Notes: generated from the letters alone by a model not told the origin. A stretch of DNA of 53,157 nt from an uncultured Eubacteriales bacterium (GCA_905195005.1 CAJJUC010000001.1:1-53157), one strand, 5' to 3'; shown: positions 31,901 to 40,494, numbered from the stretch's first letter. A program made the numbers and translations.

Positions 31901-32440
31901 TATTCCCGTTGTCTGATTCACTCCTGCAACCGCGCCGACCCCTGTGCCGCCTTTAACGCTTCCGCGCACCTCACAGCCGAGAATTGTTCCGCTGTTATTT
32001 CCCGCAATAAGAGCGGCATTTGTTTTCGTTCCCGTCAGATCAGCGCTGCCCTCAGCCGTTAAATTTTTAATCACACCGCCGGGCTGCACATATCTGAACA
32101 TACCGCTGTTAGACCCGTCCGACTTTATTTTCACACCCTTGATTGTATGCCCGCCGCCGTCAAAAACTCCGCCGAACGTTGCCGCAGGGGTGAATTTTTT
32201 TCCTTTCAGATTCAGGTCTTTTTCCAAAACTGCTGTCTTATCCTGCGACCATGTGTCGAGTGAGCATTTTTTTAGGAAAGCGATAAATTCCTTTTCCGAC
32301 GAGATGGCAATAACAATTTCATCGGAAGCCGCGTTTCCATCCGTCACTTCATCATCGGCAAGCGCCGTCATAAGCGGCGCAGCCGAAGAAATCACAAGGA
32401 GCATTGCAATCATAACCGATAAAAAGCGTTTTCTTTTCAT
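28946..32440 (-). CDS. large membrane-anchored surface protein: signal peptide, GLUG-repeat module, ~430-aa acidic helical region, second GLUG module, C-terminal TM anchor
   Basis: 1164 aa. Signal peptide MIAMLLVISSAAPLMTALADD. Repeated GG(I/V)(A/V)G motifs (GGIAGRNFG, GGVAGYSSG, GGIVGRQCG, GGIAGLSES). C-terminal LIAKIAVVAALIAAAAAAAAIVYAAVRK. The start overlaps the MMPL stop (ATGA). Confidence 0.7.
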   Translation of the reverse strand: MKRKRFLSVMIAMLLVISSAAPLMTALADDEVTDGNAASDEIVIAISSEKEFIAFLKKCSLDTWSQDKTAVLEKDLNLKGKKFTPAATFGGVFDGGGHTIKGVKIKSDGSNSGMFRYVQPGGVIKNLTAEGSADLTGTKTNAALIAGNNSGTILGCEVRGSVKGGTGVGAVAGVNQTTGIINGCKSHAKVYGEHYAGGIAGRNFGQIMMCANSGDVNTYTEEVKLDIDNINLEKIRSAENTTDITDVGGVAGYSSGVLQDCANSGRVGYEHVGYNIGGIVGRQCGYVSDCTNSGKVYGRKDVGGICGQMEPYTVLEYNLSSFDRVSDALDSLQSSVDAAIADFRGSKTTVKNRLDSIRGYVDDARTDTDSLLDKSKELMNSGIDSANDLSARLSGTLSSIAPVFDTMAKQADSIASLADGYKKEFDKISDAVDTIKTDELDSALDELKAACKELSEASSYLERGLTSAAASVGDMGALKNALHKIAIGISKINKALTRTDESLARIRNAVTDFFGSVKNPDSSIAEEFKKMSDTISESISSIKNSNDLFREGLDKLGNGFDRLPDAINKLSLSGLSSGLDDCARAAGYMKDAMDSVTKSIDHMKTAADSASDASDEIKDAMDSIRDVTDKIKDCGDVIIGSLGQMSDIFSDFASKPLITLPRIDDDFTARKDKLSDTIGKITDSLGGLSDDVDGSAGSMAKNLQDMSDKMFRVTDELTGIYDDNKDKTAEDLTEDISDSDADDKSNGKTVRSINRGKVHGDLNVGGIVGSMAIEFDFDPEDDVSKRGDKSLNFVYKTKAVVRECTNRGSVSAKKNCVGAICGKEDLGSIIDSLACGRAESSSGNYVGGIAGLSESTIKNCYSKSIVSGENYVGGIVGRGNNVFNCLSVAYIESANEYRGAIAGDIKKEYTANYFTSDKEHGVDSVSYSGKAEPLSYDAMIALPNVPQEFMSFTATFYVDDKVYKEVEFAYGESLTDKEIPNVPSRDKLFGKWDRTKFNKLTHDVEANAEYYDYVTAIESSRKRGKTTPVLLIEGLFGTNPKMTVENEKNHVPGKGLQRREAERLHVTLSENDASVVTVHYAPPKKVKNPRIYVLSGNEWRRVQTHEDGSYIVFEVKGNDFSFSAVKRSLIAKIAVVAALIAAAAAAAAIVYAAVRKDPEKRGSK

Positions 32441-35007
32441 GCCTGCCCCTCCTTTTCATCATTTCCGCCGTCTGTTTTTGCACCGTCAGTTTTTTCTTCA
32501 CCGGCGGACGGGGCGCTTTTGCCTTTTGGCGGATTTTCTCCGCCGGTCGGCGGTTCGGCGCTGTCGGGCGGAGCTTCTCCGCCGTTTTCCGCCGATTCGC
32601 CCGTCTGAATCATTGCGTTAACGTCTCCGATAACAAGACCGTGAATATATGCGTCAACAATACCGTTCACCTTTCCGCGCACACGCCCGTTCACAAACAC
32701 CGTTCCCGTTGACTTCTGAACAAGCTCCGGCGCTTTAAGCTTAAACGAGGTTCTCTCTATAATTGCATCACCGAGCAGCATAATCTGCGGAAGCACCGCC
32801 ATAACAAGAACGATGGATATAATCGTTCCTCTGCCGAGGCAAACGCCGATCGCCGAGATAACTCCGTTTGTTGAAATCTGTCCGATAAGAATACCTGCCG
32901 CAGCCAAAATTGCACCCGAAGTAAGAATTGTCGGGAAAGCCTGGTTCAGCGCTTCAACCATAGCCTTATCCTTCGGCATGGATTGCTTCAGCTCCGTATA
33001 CCGCGTTGAAATTACTATAGCATAGTCAATGTTCGCGCCCATCTGAATTGAGTTTACAATCAAATAACCGAGGAAATAAAGCTTCGAGTCCATAAGATAC
33101 GGGAACGAGAAGTTAATCCATATACTGCCCTGAATAACTGCGATAAGCAGAAGCGGAAGCCCTGCCGACATGAACGTGAACAAAAGCACCAAAATAACGA
33201 ACAGCGCGGAAAGAATACTGATAATCAGATTATCGCGTGAGAACGAGCTCGACAAATCGTAATCGCTTGTCGTGTTGCCGACAATGTACGAATCGTCAAG
33301 ACTGTAATACTTTTTCACGATTGAATGCATTTCATTGAGGAACGCAAACGTTTCGTTACTTTCCTCGGGAAGCGTCAGATAAACCAGCATACGGCTGTAT
33401 TTTTTACTTTGCAGCTGCTTCTTCGCGTCCGTTATTTTATCATATATTTCATTTATATCATCCGTCAGCTCATCATCGAGCGTGATATATTTTTTCTCTA
33501 TCTCCTCATGCAGAAATTCAAGCATATCAATCAGCGGCACACCGTATGCGTCAAGGTCGTTTATAATTTGTCCGTAATCCTTTTCGCGCACGGCATAAGC
33601 GCCGTAAAGCAGTTCCGCAGCTTCAAAGTCAACGTCTGTCAGCTCTGAAAATTCGCGCGGCTTAAGCTTGTCGGTCAGCATATATCCGTCAAGCGCCTCA
33701 GTGTTTGAAAGCCCGAGCGTTGTGTCTACCTCCGGGTGCTTTTCAAGCTCCGTCAAAAGTGCGTTTTCCTTTTCATAGTTTCCTGCCGGCACAATCAGCG
33801 CAAGCATATTTTTCTGTTTAAAGGTTGAATTGATTTTATCGCGCGCAATCTGCTTTTCGTCCTTTTTCGGGGTTGAAAGATTCGTGTTTCCGTAGCAGTA
33901 TGGACACATACTCGAAAATATAAACGCAACAATCATTATAACCGCAAATATCGGCGGAACAATGTATTTTGTTTTGTTTACAAAGTGACCGAGCTTTGAA
34001 ATTTTCGGCACAAAATTTCTGTGAACCGTTTTGTCAATCCATTTTGAAAATAGGATTAAAAGCCCCGGCATAAGTGTGAACACGCTCAGCATACTTAAAA
34101 TAATTGCTTTTATAAGTACGAACGCAAGGTCGCGCCCGATGCCGAACTGCATTGTCACAAGCGCAGCCAAACCCGAAACGGTTGTCAGCGAGCTTGATGA
34201 AATTTCAACAATCGCCTTGCTGAGTGCAGCAATCGCAGCTTCGCGCGAAGGGAGCTTCTCATGCTCCTCGCTGTAGCGGTGGCAGAATATTATCGCATAG
34301 TCAATGGCAAGCGCCAGCTGCAAAACCACGGCAACCGAGTTTGATATGAAGGATATTTTCCCGAGCATGAAATTAGTGCCCTTGTTAAGCAGCGCCGCCG
34401 CGGCAAACGTGATGATCAGCACGGGGATTTCCGCATACGAGCGCGATGTGAATAAAAGCACAAGCACAATGATAACCGCCGCAATGACGATAATTATGTT
34501 CATATCCTTTGCCAGCGACTCCGTGTCGGAATTTCCGACGTCGCTTTTAACATAAAACTCATATCCGTCAAGCTTTTTCCGTATTTGATTCAATGCTTTT
34601 ACGGATACCTCATCTTCTGTCATTCCGTCAAATGTCACGCTGTAAAGTGCGGACGCTTTTTTGAAATGATCCTCGGAATTGTCGAAATCCACAGAGGATA
34701 CACCCTTTATATCCTCAAGCATTTCGGATATGTCCTCCGCGCGGTCATATGATACGTTGGAAACCATAATGTCCGCCGTCGCATATGTGACAAATTCCTT
34801 ATCCATAAGCGTAACGCCGCGGCGCGTTTCGGTTGTTTTCGGAAGATATTTTGTTATGTCCTCCTCAACCTTAACCCAGCCGCTTGAGAAAATGCTGAAT
34901 ATTCCGGCAAAAATGAAAAGCAGGAAAAACAGATTTCTTTTATCAACAATAAACGTTGCCAGCGACACAAGAAAATTCGGTTTCTCCGTTTCTTTGATTT
35001 TACTCAT
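32437..35007 (-). CDS. MMPL/RND-superfamily membrane transporter with an unusual C-terminal tail
   Basis: 856 aa. Two 6-TM bundles with large extracytoplasmic loops; AIDYAIIFCHRYSEE and GANIDYAIVISTRYTE are the duplicated MMPL motifs. Confidence 0.8.
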   Translation of the reverse strand: MSKIKETEKPNFLVSLATFIVDKRNLFFLLFIFAGIFSIFSSGWVKVEEDITKYLPKTTETRRGVTLMDKEFVTYATADIMVSNVSYDRAEDISEMLEDIKGVSSVDFDNSEDHFKKASALYSVTFDGMTEDEVSVKALNQIRKKLDGYEFYVKSDVGNSDTESLAKDMNIIIVIAAVIIVLVLLFTSRSYAEIPVLIITFAAAALLNKGTNFMLGKISFISNSVAVVLQLALAIDYAIIFCHRYSEEHEKLPSREAAIAALSKAIVEISSSSLTTVSGLAALVTMQFGIGRDLAFVLIKAIILSMLSVFTLMPGLLILFSKWIDKTVHRNFVPKISKLGHFVNKTKYIVPPIFAVIMIVAFIFSSMCPYCYGNTNLSTPKKDEKQIARDKINSTFKQKNMLALIVPAGNYEKENALLTELEKHPEVDTTLGLSNTEALDGYMLTDKLKPREFSELTDVDFEAAELLYGAYAVREKDYGQIINDLDAYGVPLIDMLEFLHEEIEKKYITLDDELTDDINEIYDKITDAKKQLQSKKYSRMLVYLTLPEESNETFAFLNEMHSIVKKYYSLDDSYIVGNTTSDYDLSSSFSRDNLIISILSALFVILVLLFTFMSAGLPLLLIAVIQGSIWINFSFPYLMDSKLYFLGYLIVNSIQMGANIDYAIVISTRYTELKQSMPKDKAMVEALNQAFPTILTSGAILAAAGILIGQISTNGVISAIGVCLGRGTIISIVLVMAVLPQIMLLGDAIIERTSFKLKAPELVQKSTGTVFVNGRVRGKVNGIVDAYIHGLVIGDVNAMIQTGESAENGGEAPPDSAEPPTGGENPPKGKSAPSAGEEKTDGAKTDGGNDEKEGQA

Positions 35008-35071
35008 ATATACAACCCCTATTTAAACACTCTATCTATCTTATATTACAGTAAAATAATATTTTTTTCAA

Positions 35072-35125
35072 TATACAAAATACAAAAAATGTATAGTAGA
35101 CAAGAGTTTTTTTTAATGCTATAAT
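35072..35125 (+). promoter_or_regulatory. TetR-gene promoter with a candidate operator in the divergent intergenic region
   Basis: Inverted repeat TATACA (35072-35077), 12-nt gap, TGTATA (35090-35095). It abuts -35 TAGACA (35097-35102), a 17-nt spacer and TATAAT (35120-35125). Confidence 0.45.
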
Positions 35126-35145
35126 GAAAAGCAGAGGTGATTTTT

Positions 35146-35697
35146 ATGCCCGACAAAAAAAAGACTGCAAAAGCGCTGCTTGCCGCAGCGCTTAAAGAAA
35201 AGATGTGCCATAAGCCGCTCGATAAAATTACCGTGAGAGAAATAACCGAGGAATGCGGCGTGAACCGCCAAACGTTTTACTATCATTTTGAGGATATTTA
35301 TGACCTTTTAAAATGGGTGTATCAGCAGGAAATAATCCTTCTTATGAAAAAGCAGGAGGTTGTAAAAACATGGCAGGACGCGCTCCTCGTTCTGCTCGAT
35401 TATCTGACCTTAAACCATGATTTTTGCCTGAACACGCTTAATTCCGTCGGTTACCGGAATCTGCGCCGCTTCTTTTATCAGGATGTCAACAGCATCGTCC
35501 GCCTGCTGCAGCCCCAGGGCGATAATGACCGCTGCTTAGATACCGATTTCAGCGATTTCCTCGCGCATTTTTACACTGTGTCGCTCGGAACGCTTATGGA
35601 AAGCTGGCTGCTCGGAGAAATCGACAAAACGCCGCAGCAGATTATTGAATATCTTGAAAAAATTATCCCTGTATCAAAAGAACCGCGTCAAAAATGA
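35146..35697 (+). CDS. TetR/AcrR-family transcriptional regulator (DhaS-like subgroup)
   Basis: ORF 35137-35697 trimmed to ATG 35146 (GAGGTGA RBS). HTH ITVREITEECGVNRQTFYYHFEDIYDLLKWV. Confidence 0.8.
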   Translation: MPDKKKTAKALLAAALKEKMCHKPLDKITVREITEECGVNRQTFYYHFEDIYDLLKWVYQQEIILLMKKQEVVKTWQDALLVLLDYLTLNHDFCLNTLNSVGYRNLRRFFYQDVNSIVRLLQPQGDNDRCLDTDFSDFLAHFYTVSLGTLMESWLLGEIDKTPQQIIEYLEKIIPVSKEPRQK

Positions 35698-35731
35698 AAT
35701 CATTTTGACGCGGTTCTTTTGATACAGGGAT
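35665..35731. terminator. 29-bp perfect inverted repeat (bidirectional terminator) overlapping the 3' end of the TetR gene
   Basis: atccctgtatcaaaagaaccgcgtcaaaa (35665-35693) / ttttgacgcggttcttttgatacagggat (35703-35731), 9-nt loop. Ends exactly at the stop codon of the convergent symporter gene. Confidence 0.7.
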
Positions 35732-37156
35732 TTATTTAATTTTATCCAGATTTTTTACAAAAGCTTTTGTTTCTGCCGCAACAATGCCGCTCAATGCAAA
35801 CAGTGCAACAAGGTTCGGGAAAGCCATAAGTCCGTTTACAATGTCCGCAAGCGTCCACACAAAGCCCGCTTTAAGGTACGGGCCGACAAACACTGCGAGT
35901 ATGTAAAGAACTCTGTAGGTCATAATCACACCTTGCTTTTCGCCCACAAGGTACTGAAGGCACTTTTCGGAATAGTAATCCCAGCCGAGAATTGTTGTGA
36001 ACGCAAAGAACACAAGGCTCATCATAAGCAAAAATGCGGCGACATGATTCGGGAACGGAAGTCCGTCCGTGAATGCCTTTGTCGTTATTTCAACGCCCTC
36101 AAGCGTTTTATCCATCGCCGGCTTGTAAGCGCCCGTCAGAACGATTGAAAGACCTGTGATTGTGCAGATGATGATAGTATCGAAAAACGTACCCGTCATA
36201 CACACAAGACCCTGGCGAACTGCCGATTTTGTTCTTGCGGCAGCCGCAGCAATCGGCGCTGAACCGATACCTGCTTCGTTCGAGAAAATACCTCTTGCGA
36301 TACCCTTCTGCATTGCCATTTTCATAGTTACGCCGACAGCGCCGCCGAACACCGCCTTGGGGCAAAATGCGCTTTTCACGATGAGAACAATCGCCGCCGG
36401 AACTTTTGTTATGTTAAATACAAGAAGAATGATTCCGCAGGCAAAGTAGATAACAGCCATGAACGGCACAATAATTTCGGAAACCTTTGCAATTCTCTTT
36501 ATTCCGCCGATGATAACAAGCGCTGCAAAAAGCGTTACCAAAACGCCCGAAATAACCGTCGGCCATGCGTAAGCGTGCTTTCCGATTGAAAATGCAACCA
36601 TTGCCCTATCGGGGTCAAAGAAATTCTGAACCGCAGCCGTGATACCGTTGATCTGCGTCATTGTCCCGATTCCGAGAATACCTACAAGCATTCCGAAGAT
36701 TGCGAAAAGCTTTGCAAGCCATTTCCAGTTTGCGCCCATGCCTTTTTCAATATAGTAGAACGGACCGCCGAGAACCTTGCCGTCCTTGCCGATTTCTCTG
36801 TACTTAACCGCAAGCAGACCCTCGGCATATTTTGTTGCCATTCCGAGAAATGCCGCAAATTCCATCCAGAACAAAGCTCCGGGACCTCCGGCTGCAATCG
36901 CCGTTGCAACGCCGACAATGTTACCCGTTCCGATAGTTGCCGAAAGAGCCGTGCAGAGGGCGCCGAAGCTTGTAACGTCGCCCTCGCCGTCCTCCTCATC
37001 CTTAAGCATAAAGCGGAGCGCCTTGCCGAGATGCTTAACCTGAATAAGGCCCGTTCTGACCGTCAGCAGAAATCCGACCGCAAGAATAAGCACGATGAGC
37101 GGAATCCCCCACACCCAGTCGTTAATCTGCGTTAATAATTTGTTAAACGCTTCCAT
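35732..37156 (-). CDS. sodium:alanine (AGCS-family) amino-acid symporter
   Basis: ORF 35732-37294 trimmed to ATG 37156 (GGAGGA RBS). FGALCTALSATIGTGNIVGVATAIAAGGPGALFWM is the AGCS hallmark. The upstream part of the ORF overlaps the riboswitch. Confidence 0.85.
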   Translation of the reverse strand: MEAFNKLLTQINDWVWGIPLIVLILAVGFLLTVRTGLIQVKHLGKALRFMLKDEEDGEGDVTSFGALCTALSATIGTGNIVGVATAIAAGGPGALFWMEFAAFLGMATKYAEGLLAVKYREIGKDGKVLGGPFYYIEKGMGANWKWLAKLFAIFGMLVGILGIGTMTQINGITAAVQNFFDPDRAMVAFSIGKHAYAWPTVISGVLVTLFAALVIIGGIKRIAKVSEIIVPFMAVIYFACGIILLVFNITKVPAAIVLIVKSAFCPKAVFGGAVGVTMKMAMQKGIARGIFSNEAGIGSAPIAAAAARTKSAVRQGLVCMTGTFFDTIIICTITGLSIVLTGAYKPAMDKTLEGVEITTKAFTDGLPFPNHVAAFLLMMSLVFFAFTTILGWDYYSEKCLQYLVGEKQGVIMTYRVLYILAVFVGPYLKAGFVWTLADIVNGLMAFPNLVALFALSGIVAAETKAFVKNLDKIK

Positions 37157-37171
37157 ACTAATCCTCCAATA

Positions 37172-37203
37172 ACAAAAAAGTTGCCGACCCAAGGCGGCAA
37201 CTT
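37172..37203 (-). terminator. expression-platform terminator of the glycine riboswitch
   Basis: Minus strand agttgccg-ccttgggt-cggcaact followed by TTTTTT, about 20 nt before the RBS. Confidence 0.6.
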
Positions 37204-37234
37204 CAAAAAACACAAAAAACACGCTTAACGCAGT

Positions 37235-37347
37235 CTTCGTCCTTTTGCCTGAGAGTTTCAGCCGCCCCAAAGCGCAGCCTTGCCCCTTCGGCACTCAATC
37301 CAATGAGCTTCTCCGAAGTTCCCTTCATTTCCGGTTTTATCCGAAAA
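37235..37347 (-). promoter_or_regulatory. glycine riboswitch (single aptamer plus a 5' hairpin)
   Basis: Minus strand cttcGGAGAAgctcattggattgagtgCCGAAGGGGCAAggctgcgctttggggcggctgaaaCTCTCAGGCAAAAGGACgaag. These are the conserved glycine-aptamer core strings, with P1 cttcg/cgaag. Only one aptamer core is present. Confidence 0.75.
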
Positions 37348-37378
37348 CTTCCATGGGTCATATTTAGTTAACATTGCG

Positions 37379-37407
37379 ATGATATCACATAATTCGCCGT
37401 ATGTCAA
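37379..37407 (-). promoter_or_regulatory. sigma-A-type promoter for the riboswitch-symporter transcript
   Basis: Minus strand TTGACA (37407-37402), 17-nt spacer, TATCAT (37384-37379). Confidence 0.5.
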
Positions 37408-37441
37408 CCTTTTTTTCAAACTGCGCTGTATATTTCTTCGC

Positions 37442-38980
37442 TTATCTCGCATCAAGCGGCTTAAGTCCGTCAGTCCAGAGAAGAAGCCGCAGCGAATATG
37501 CCGCGTCTCCCGTATATTCCGCAAAAACTCTGTTTAACCCCGGCACAACGCTTGCCCGTTTTACGAAGCCCTCGCTATCAGCTGCATAGAGCGCAGCTTT
37601 TTTTGCGGTACTGCGGAGCAATGCGACAATCTTTCCGTCTATAAGCCCCGCACCGAGTATTTGTCCATCCGTTTCTCCGAGCGGAACAGCGCCGACGCTG
37701 AATCTGACCAAATTGGGTTCCGACAATGTAAAACGAAGAACACCCCCGTCAATGCGCAGATATTTAATCATTGCACTTCCGCTGCCGCTATTGTAAAACT
37801 GTCCGCTTTCTCCTGTGCTTAATTTAATCCAATAAATACTCTGCTTGTAACAGGCAAAAAGCAAATCTCCGTATATTCCAATTCCCGCTTCAATATGATT
37901 TTCTCCCTCGGTAATTATACAAACCGCTTCCTCAGCATCTGATTTCTTCATAATCTTATTGCCGCTGATATAGTAAATTGCACCGTCATTCACAATAATC
38001 TGCGCCGATGAAGAATCATCCCACGGACGGTTCTCATCATAATATGTATCGCTGCACTCAACAGCACACTCAATGTTTTCCCTATCTATGGAATCGTTCG
38101 GATTAATGCTTTTCAGCTTTTTATCGCTTACAAGAAAATAATTGTGCGACACGCGCAGCGGCGCATCCGCTGCAGTTTGCGTTTCGCTGTATCTGAGCAG
38201 CGGATCATCGTACGTTGCGTCTGTATGATACCATTTTCCGTCAATTTTTATAACATTCCATATGTGACCTGCCGCACCTGCCGTTTTATTATTCCACACT
38301 GCAAAGCCGCAGCCCATGCCAAGCTCATTGGCGCATATGTCATAAAACATCTGCGCATAACCCTGGCACACTCCGCTGCCGCCGAGCGCCATATTCACAG
38401 CGTCATAAACATTATAAGAGGTATCGTATTTAAGATTCATAACAATGTAATCATGAACCGTAACAGCCTTTTGAAAATCAGTCATGTCCTTCGTTATCAG
38501 GGAAAGAATATCCTCCTTGAACGCTTCATACAGGCGCATACGCTTCTGAACATTATCAATATCCTCAGAGTAATTAAGCTCGACGGTAACGCGTCCGCTT
38601 GTGTACCGCCGCACGGTAAAGCCGTTCTCCACAAAGTACATTTCGGGGTATGTATACTTCACTTTAAGAATAATATCCGCGAGTATTTCGCCCGTTTTTT
38701 TGCCGATTTCACTGCTCGTCAGAGCCGAATCCTCTACAAGAGGCGAATCCGACACTGTTATTTCGCTCCTTTGTTCGGCTGCACCCTCATAAATTTTTCT
38801 TATAATATCATCTTCGTTATAATCCGCGGAAAACAGCGCTATATTACTGCACGGCTCTGTGACGAACGAAATAAATTCGGGCAGCTCCGCCCACATATAT
38901 TCTGCAGTTTCGCTTGCAGAGGCGCATGCGGCTGAAAACAGAACTGCCGCAGCAACTATCATTGATACAAATTTTTTCAT
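37442..38980 (-). CDS. secreted transglutaminase-like (papain-fold Cys-His-Asp) protein with a repeat-rich C-terminal domain
   Basis: ORF 37442-39013 trimmed to ATG 38980 (AGGAGG RBS). Signal peptide MKKFVSMIVAAAVLFSAACASA. Core GSGVCQGYAQMF...GHIWNVIKIDGKWYHTDATYDD. Confidence 0.7.
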   Translation of the reverse strand: MKKFVSMIVAAAVLFSAACASASETAEYMWAELPEFISFVTEPCSNIALFSADYNEDDIIRKIYEGAAEQRSEITVSDSPLVEDSALTSSEIGKKTGEILADIILKVKYTYPEMYFVENGFTVRRYTSGRVTVELNYSEDIDNVQKRMRLYEAFKEDILSLITKDMTDFQKAVTVHDYIVMNLKYDTSYNVYDAVNMALGGSGVCQGYAQMFYDICANELGMGCGFAVWNNKTAGAAGHIWNVIKIDGKWYHTDATYDDPLLRYSETQTAADAPLRVSHNYFLVSDKKLKSINPNDSIDRENIECAVECSDTYYDENRPWDDSSSAQIIVNDGAIYYISGNKIMKKSDAEEAVCIITEGENHIEAGIGIYGDLLFACYKQSIYWIKLSTGESGQFYNSGSGSAMIKYLRIDGGVLRFTLSEPNLVRFSVGAVPLGETDGQILGAGLIDGKIVALLRSTAKKAALYAADSEGFVKRASVVPGLNRVFAEYTGDAAYSLRLLLWTDGLKPLDAR

Positions 38981-39092
38981 TTTATATCCTCCTGCTGTTT
39001 TTATATTTGACATTCTAATATATTTGTTTTAAAATAATATATCATACAATTTTATTCAATGCAACAATTATAATGAGAAAGAGGTAATTAAA

Positions 39093-40265
39093 ATGAATTT
39101 TACACCGCTTGGCAGCTTTCTTGACCATTTAACCGGGAGTGTTGGGATTCCCACAGCCGAAATCCGCGTTCACCGTGACGGTAAAGAATTGTTTTCTTAC
39201 GGCAGCGGCTCGATCGACCCTGCCGCTCCGCTGTACAACATGTACTCAATGTCCAAACCGATAACATGCGCGGCAGCGCTTTCACTTTTTGAAAAGGGAA
39301 AATTTCAGCTTGCGGAGCCGTTATATGAATACATGCCGGAATTTCGCGAAATGACAGTAAAAAAACACTTTTCCGATTCGGGCGAGGGGATGTCCGTTGC
39401 TCAAGGAAAGCTTACGGGAAGCGAAAACACGGATTTTGAAGTTGTAAAAGCGGAAAATCCAATCCTGATTGAGCATCTGTTTACCATGTCGGCAGGGTTT
39501 AATTACGACACGGAATCCGAGAATATCAAGCAAAAAATACGCGATACAGACGGCAAATTCCCGACAAGAATGATTGCCAAAGCGCTTTCCGAGCAGCCGC
39601 TTGATTTCGAACCCGGAACGCACTGGCAGTACAGTCTTTGCCATGATGTGCTTGCGGCATTTGTTGAGGTTGTTTCGGGAAAACGCTTCTCGGACTATGT
39701 TGCAGAAACAATTTTCGAACCGCTCGGCATGACAAATTCATTCTTTCACCCGACCGAAGCGGATTATTCCCGCATTGCAAAGCAGTATATGTATGACTCT
39801 GACACGAAAAAAACAAACGAAATTCAGAAAACGAATCACCTTGTTCTCGGCAGCGAATATGACAGCGGCGGCGCAGGAATAATATCAACCGTTGACGATT
39901 ACATAAGATTTGCCGACGCTATGGCAAACGGCGGAACATCGTTTGACGGAACGCGTATTCTCAGCCGCAGCGCAGTTGACCTTATGCGCACCAACAGACT
40001 TACGGCGCAGCAGCTTCCCGACTTTAACTGGCCGCAGCTTCGCGGTTACGGCTACGGTCTCGGCGTGCGCACGCTCATTGACCGCGCATACGGCGGCTCA
40101 CTCTCGCCGCACGGAGAATTCGGTTGGGGCGGCGCGGCAGGCTCGTATATTATGATTGACCCCGAGAATCGGATAAGCGCTGTGTACGGGCAGCATATGT
40201 TAAACAATCTTGAACCGTACGTTCACACAAGAATCAGAAATATCATTTACGGTTGTATTCTTTAA
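39093..40265 (+). CDS. serine hydrolase of the beta-lactamase (class C/esterase) family
   Basis: SxxK motif in MYSMSKPIT; 390 aa; no signal peptide seen. Confidence 0.8.
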   Translation: MNFTPLGSFLDHLTGSVGIPTAEIRVHRDGKELFSYGSGSIDPAAPLYNMYSMSKPITCAAALSLFEKGKFQLAEPLYEYMPEFREMTVKKHFSDSGEGMSVAQGKLTGSENTDFEVVKAENPILIEHLFTMSAGFNYDTESENIKQKIRDTDGKFPTRMIAKALSEQPLDFEPGTHWQYSLCHDVLAAFVEVVSGKRFSDYVAETIFEPLGMTNSFFHPTEADYSRIAKQYMYDSDTKKTNEIQKTNHLVLGSEYDSGGAGIISTVDDYIRFADAMANGGTSFDGTRILSRSAVDLMRTNRLTAQQLPDFNWPQLRGYGYGLGVRTLIDRAYGGSLSPHGEFGWGGAAGSYIMIDPENRISAVYGQHMLNNLEPYVHTRIRNIIYGCIL

Positions 40266-40494
40266 TAATTTATGCAAATTCGACAAAAAATTTTGTAAAA
40301 AAATATATAATCCGTATATTTTGCGAATTGCAAAAACAAAGAAATTGGATTATTATATAGATGTACCGATGAGGTACACAAACTTTTTTCATTTTCCCTC
40401 CTTTTAGTGGCAGACTTCGCTGAATGTCTGTCATATTTTTTTGCATATTTTTTCACAGCTTGTCATATATATTTCGTTGTAAGGGGGATGCGCC

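Noticed and set aside
37258-37524. 88-aa minus-strand ORF, and the N-terminal 46-codon extension of the symporter ORF (37157-37294)
   Set aside because: Both run through the glycine riboswitch, its terminator and its promoter. The symporter has a proper GGAGGA RBS at ATG 37156.
40262-40456. 64-aa minus-strand ORF in the leader of the DUF3794 gene
   Set aside because: It lies in an AT-rich intergenic region, is Lys/Tyr/Asn-rich, has no RBS and overlaps the stop of the hydrolase gene.
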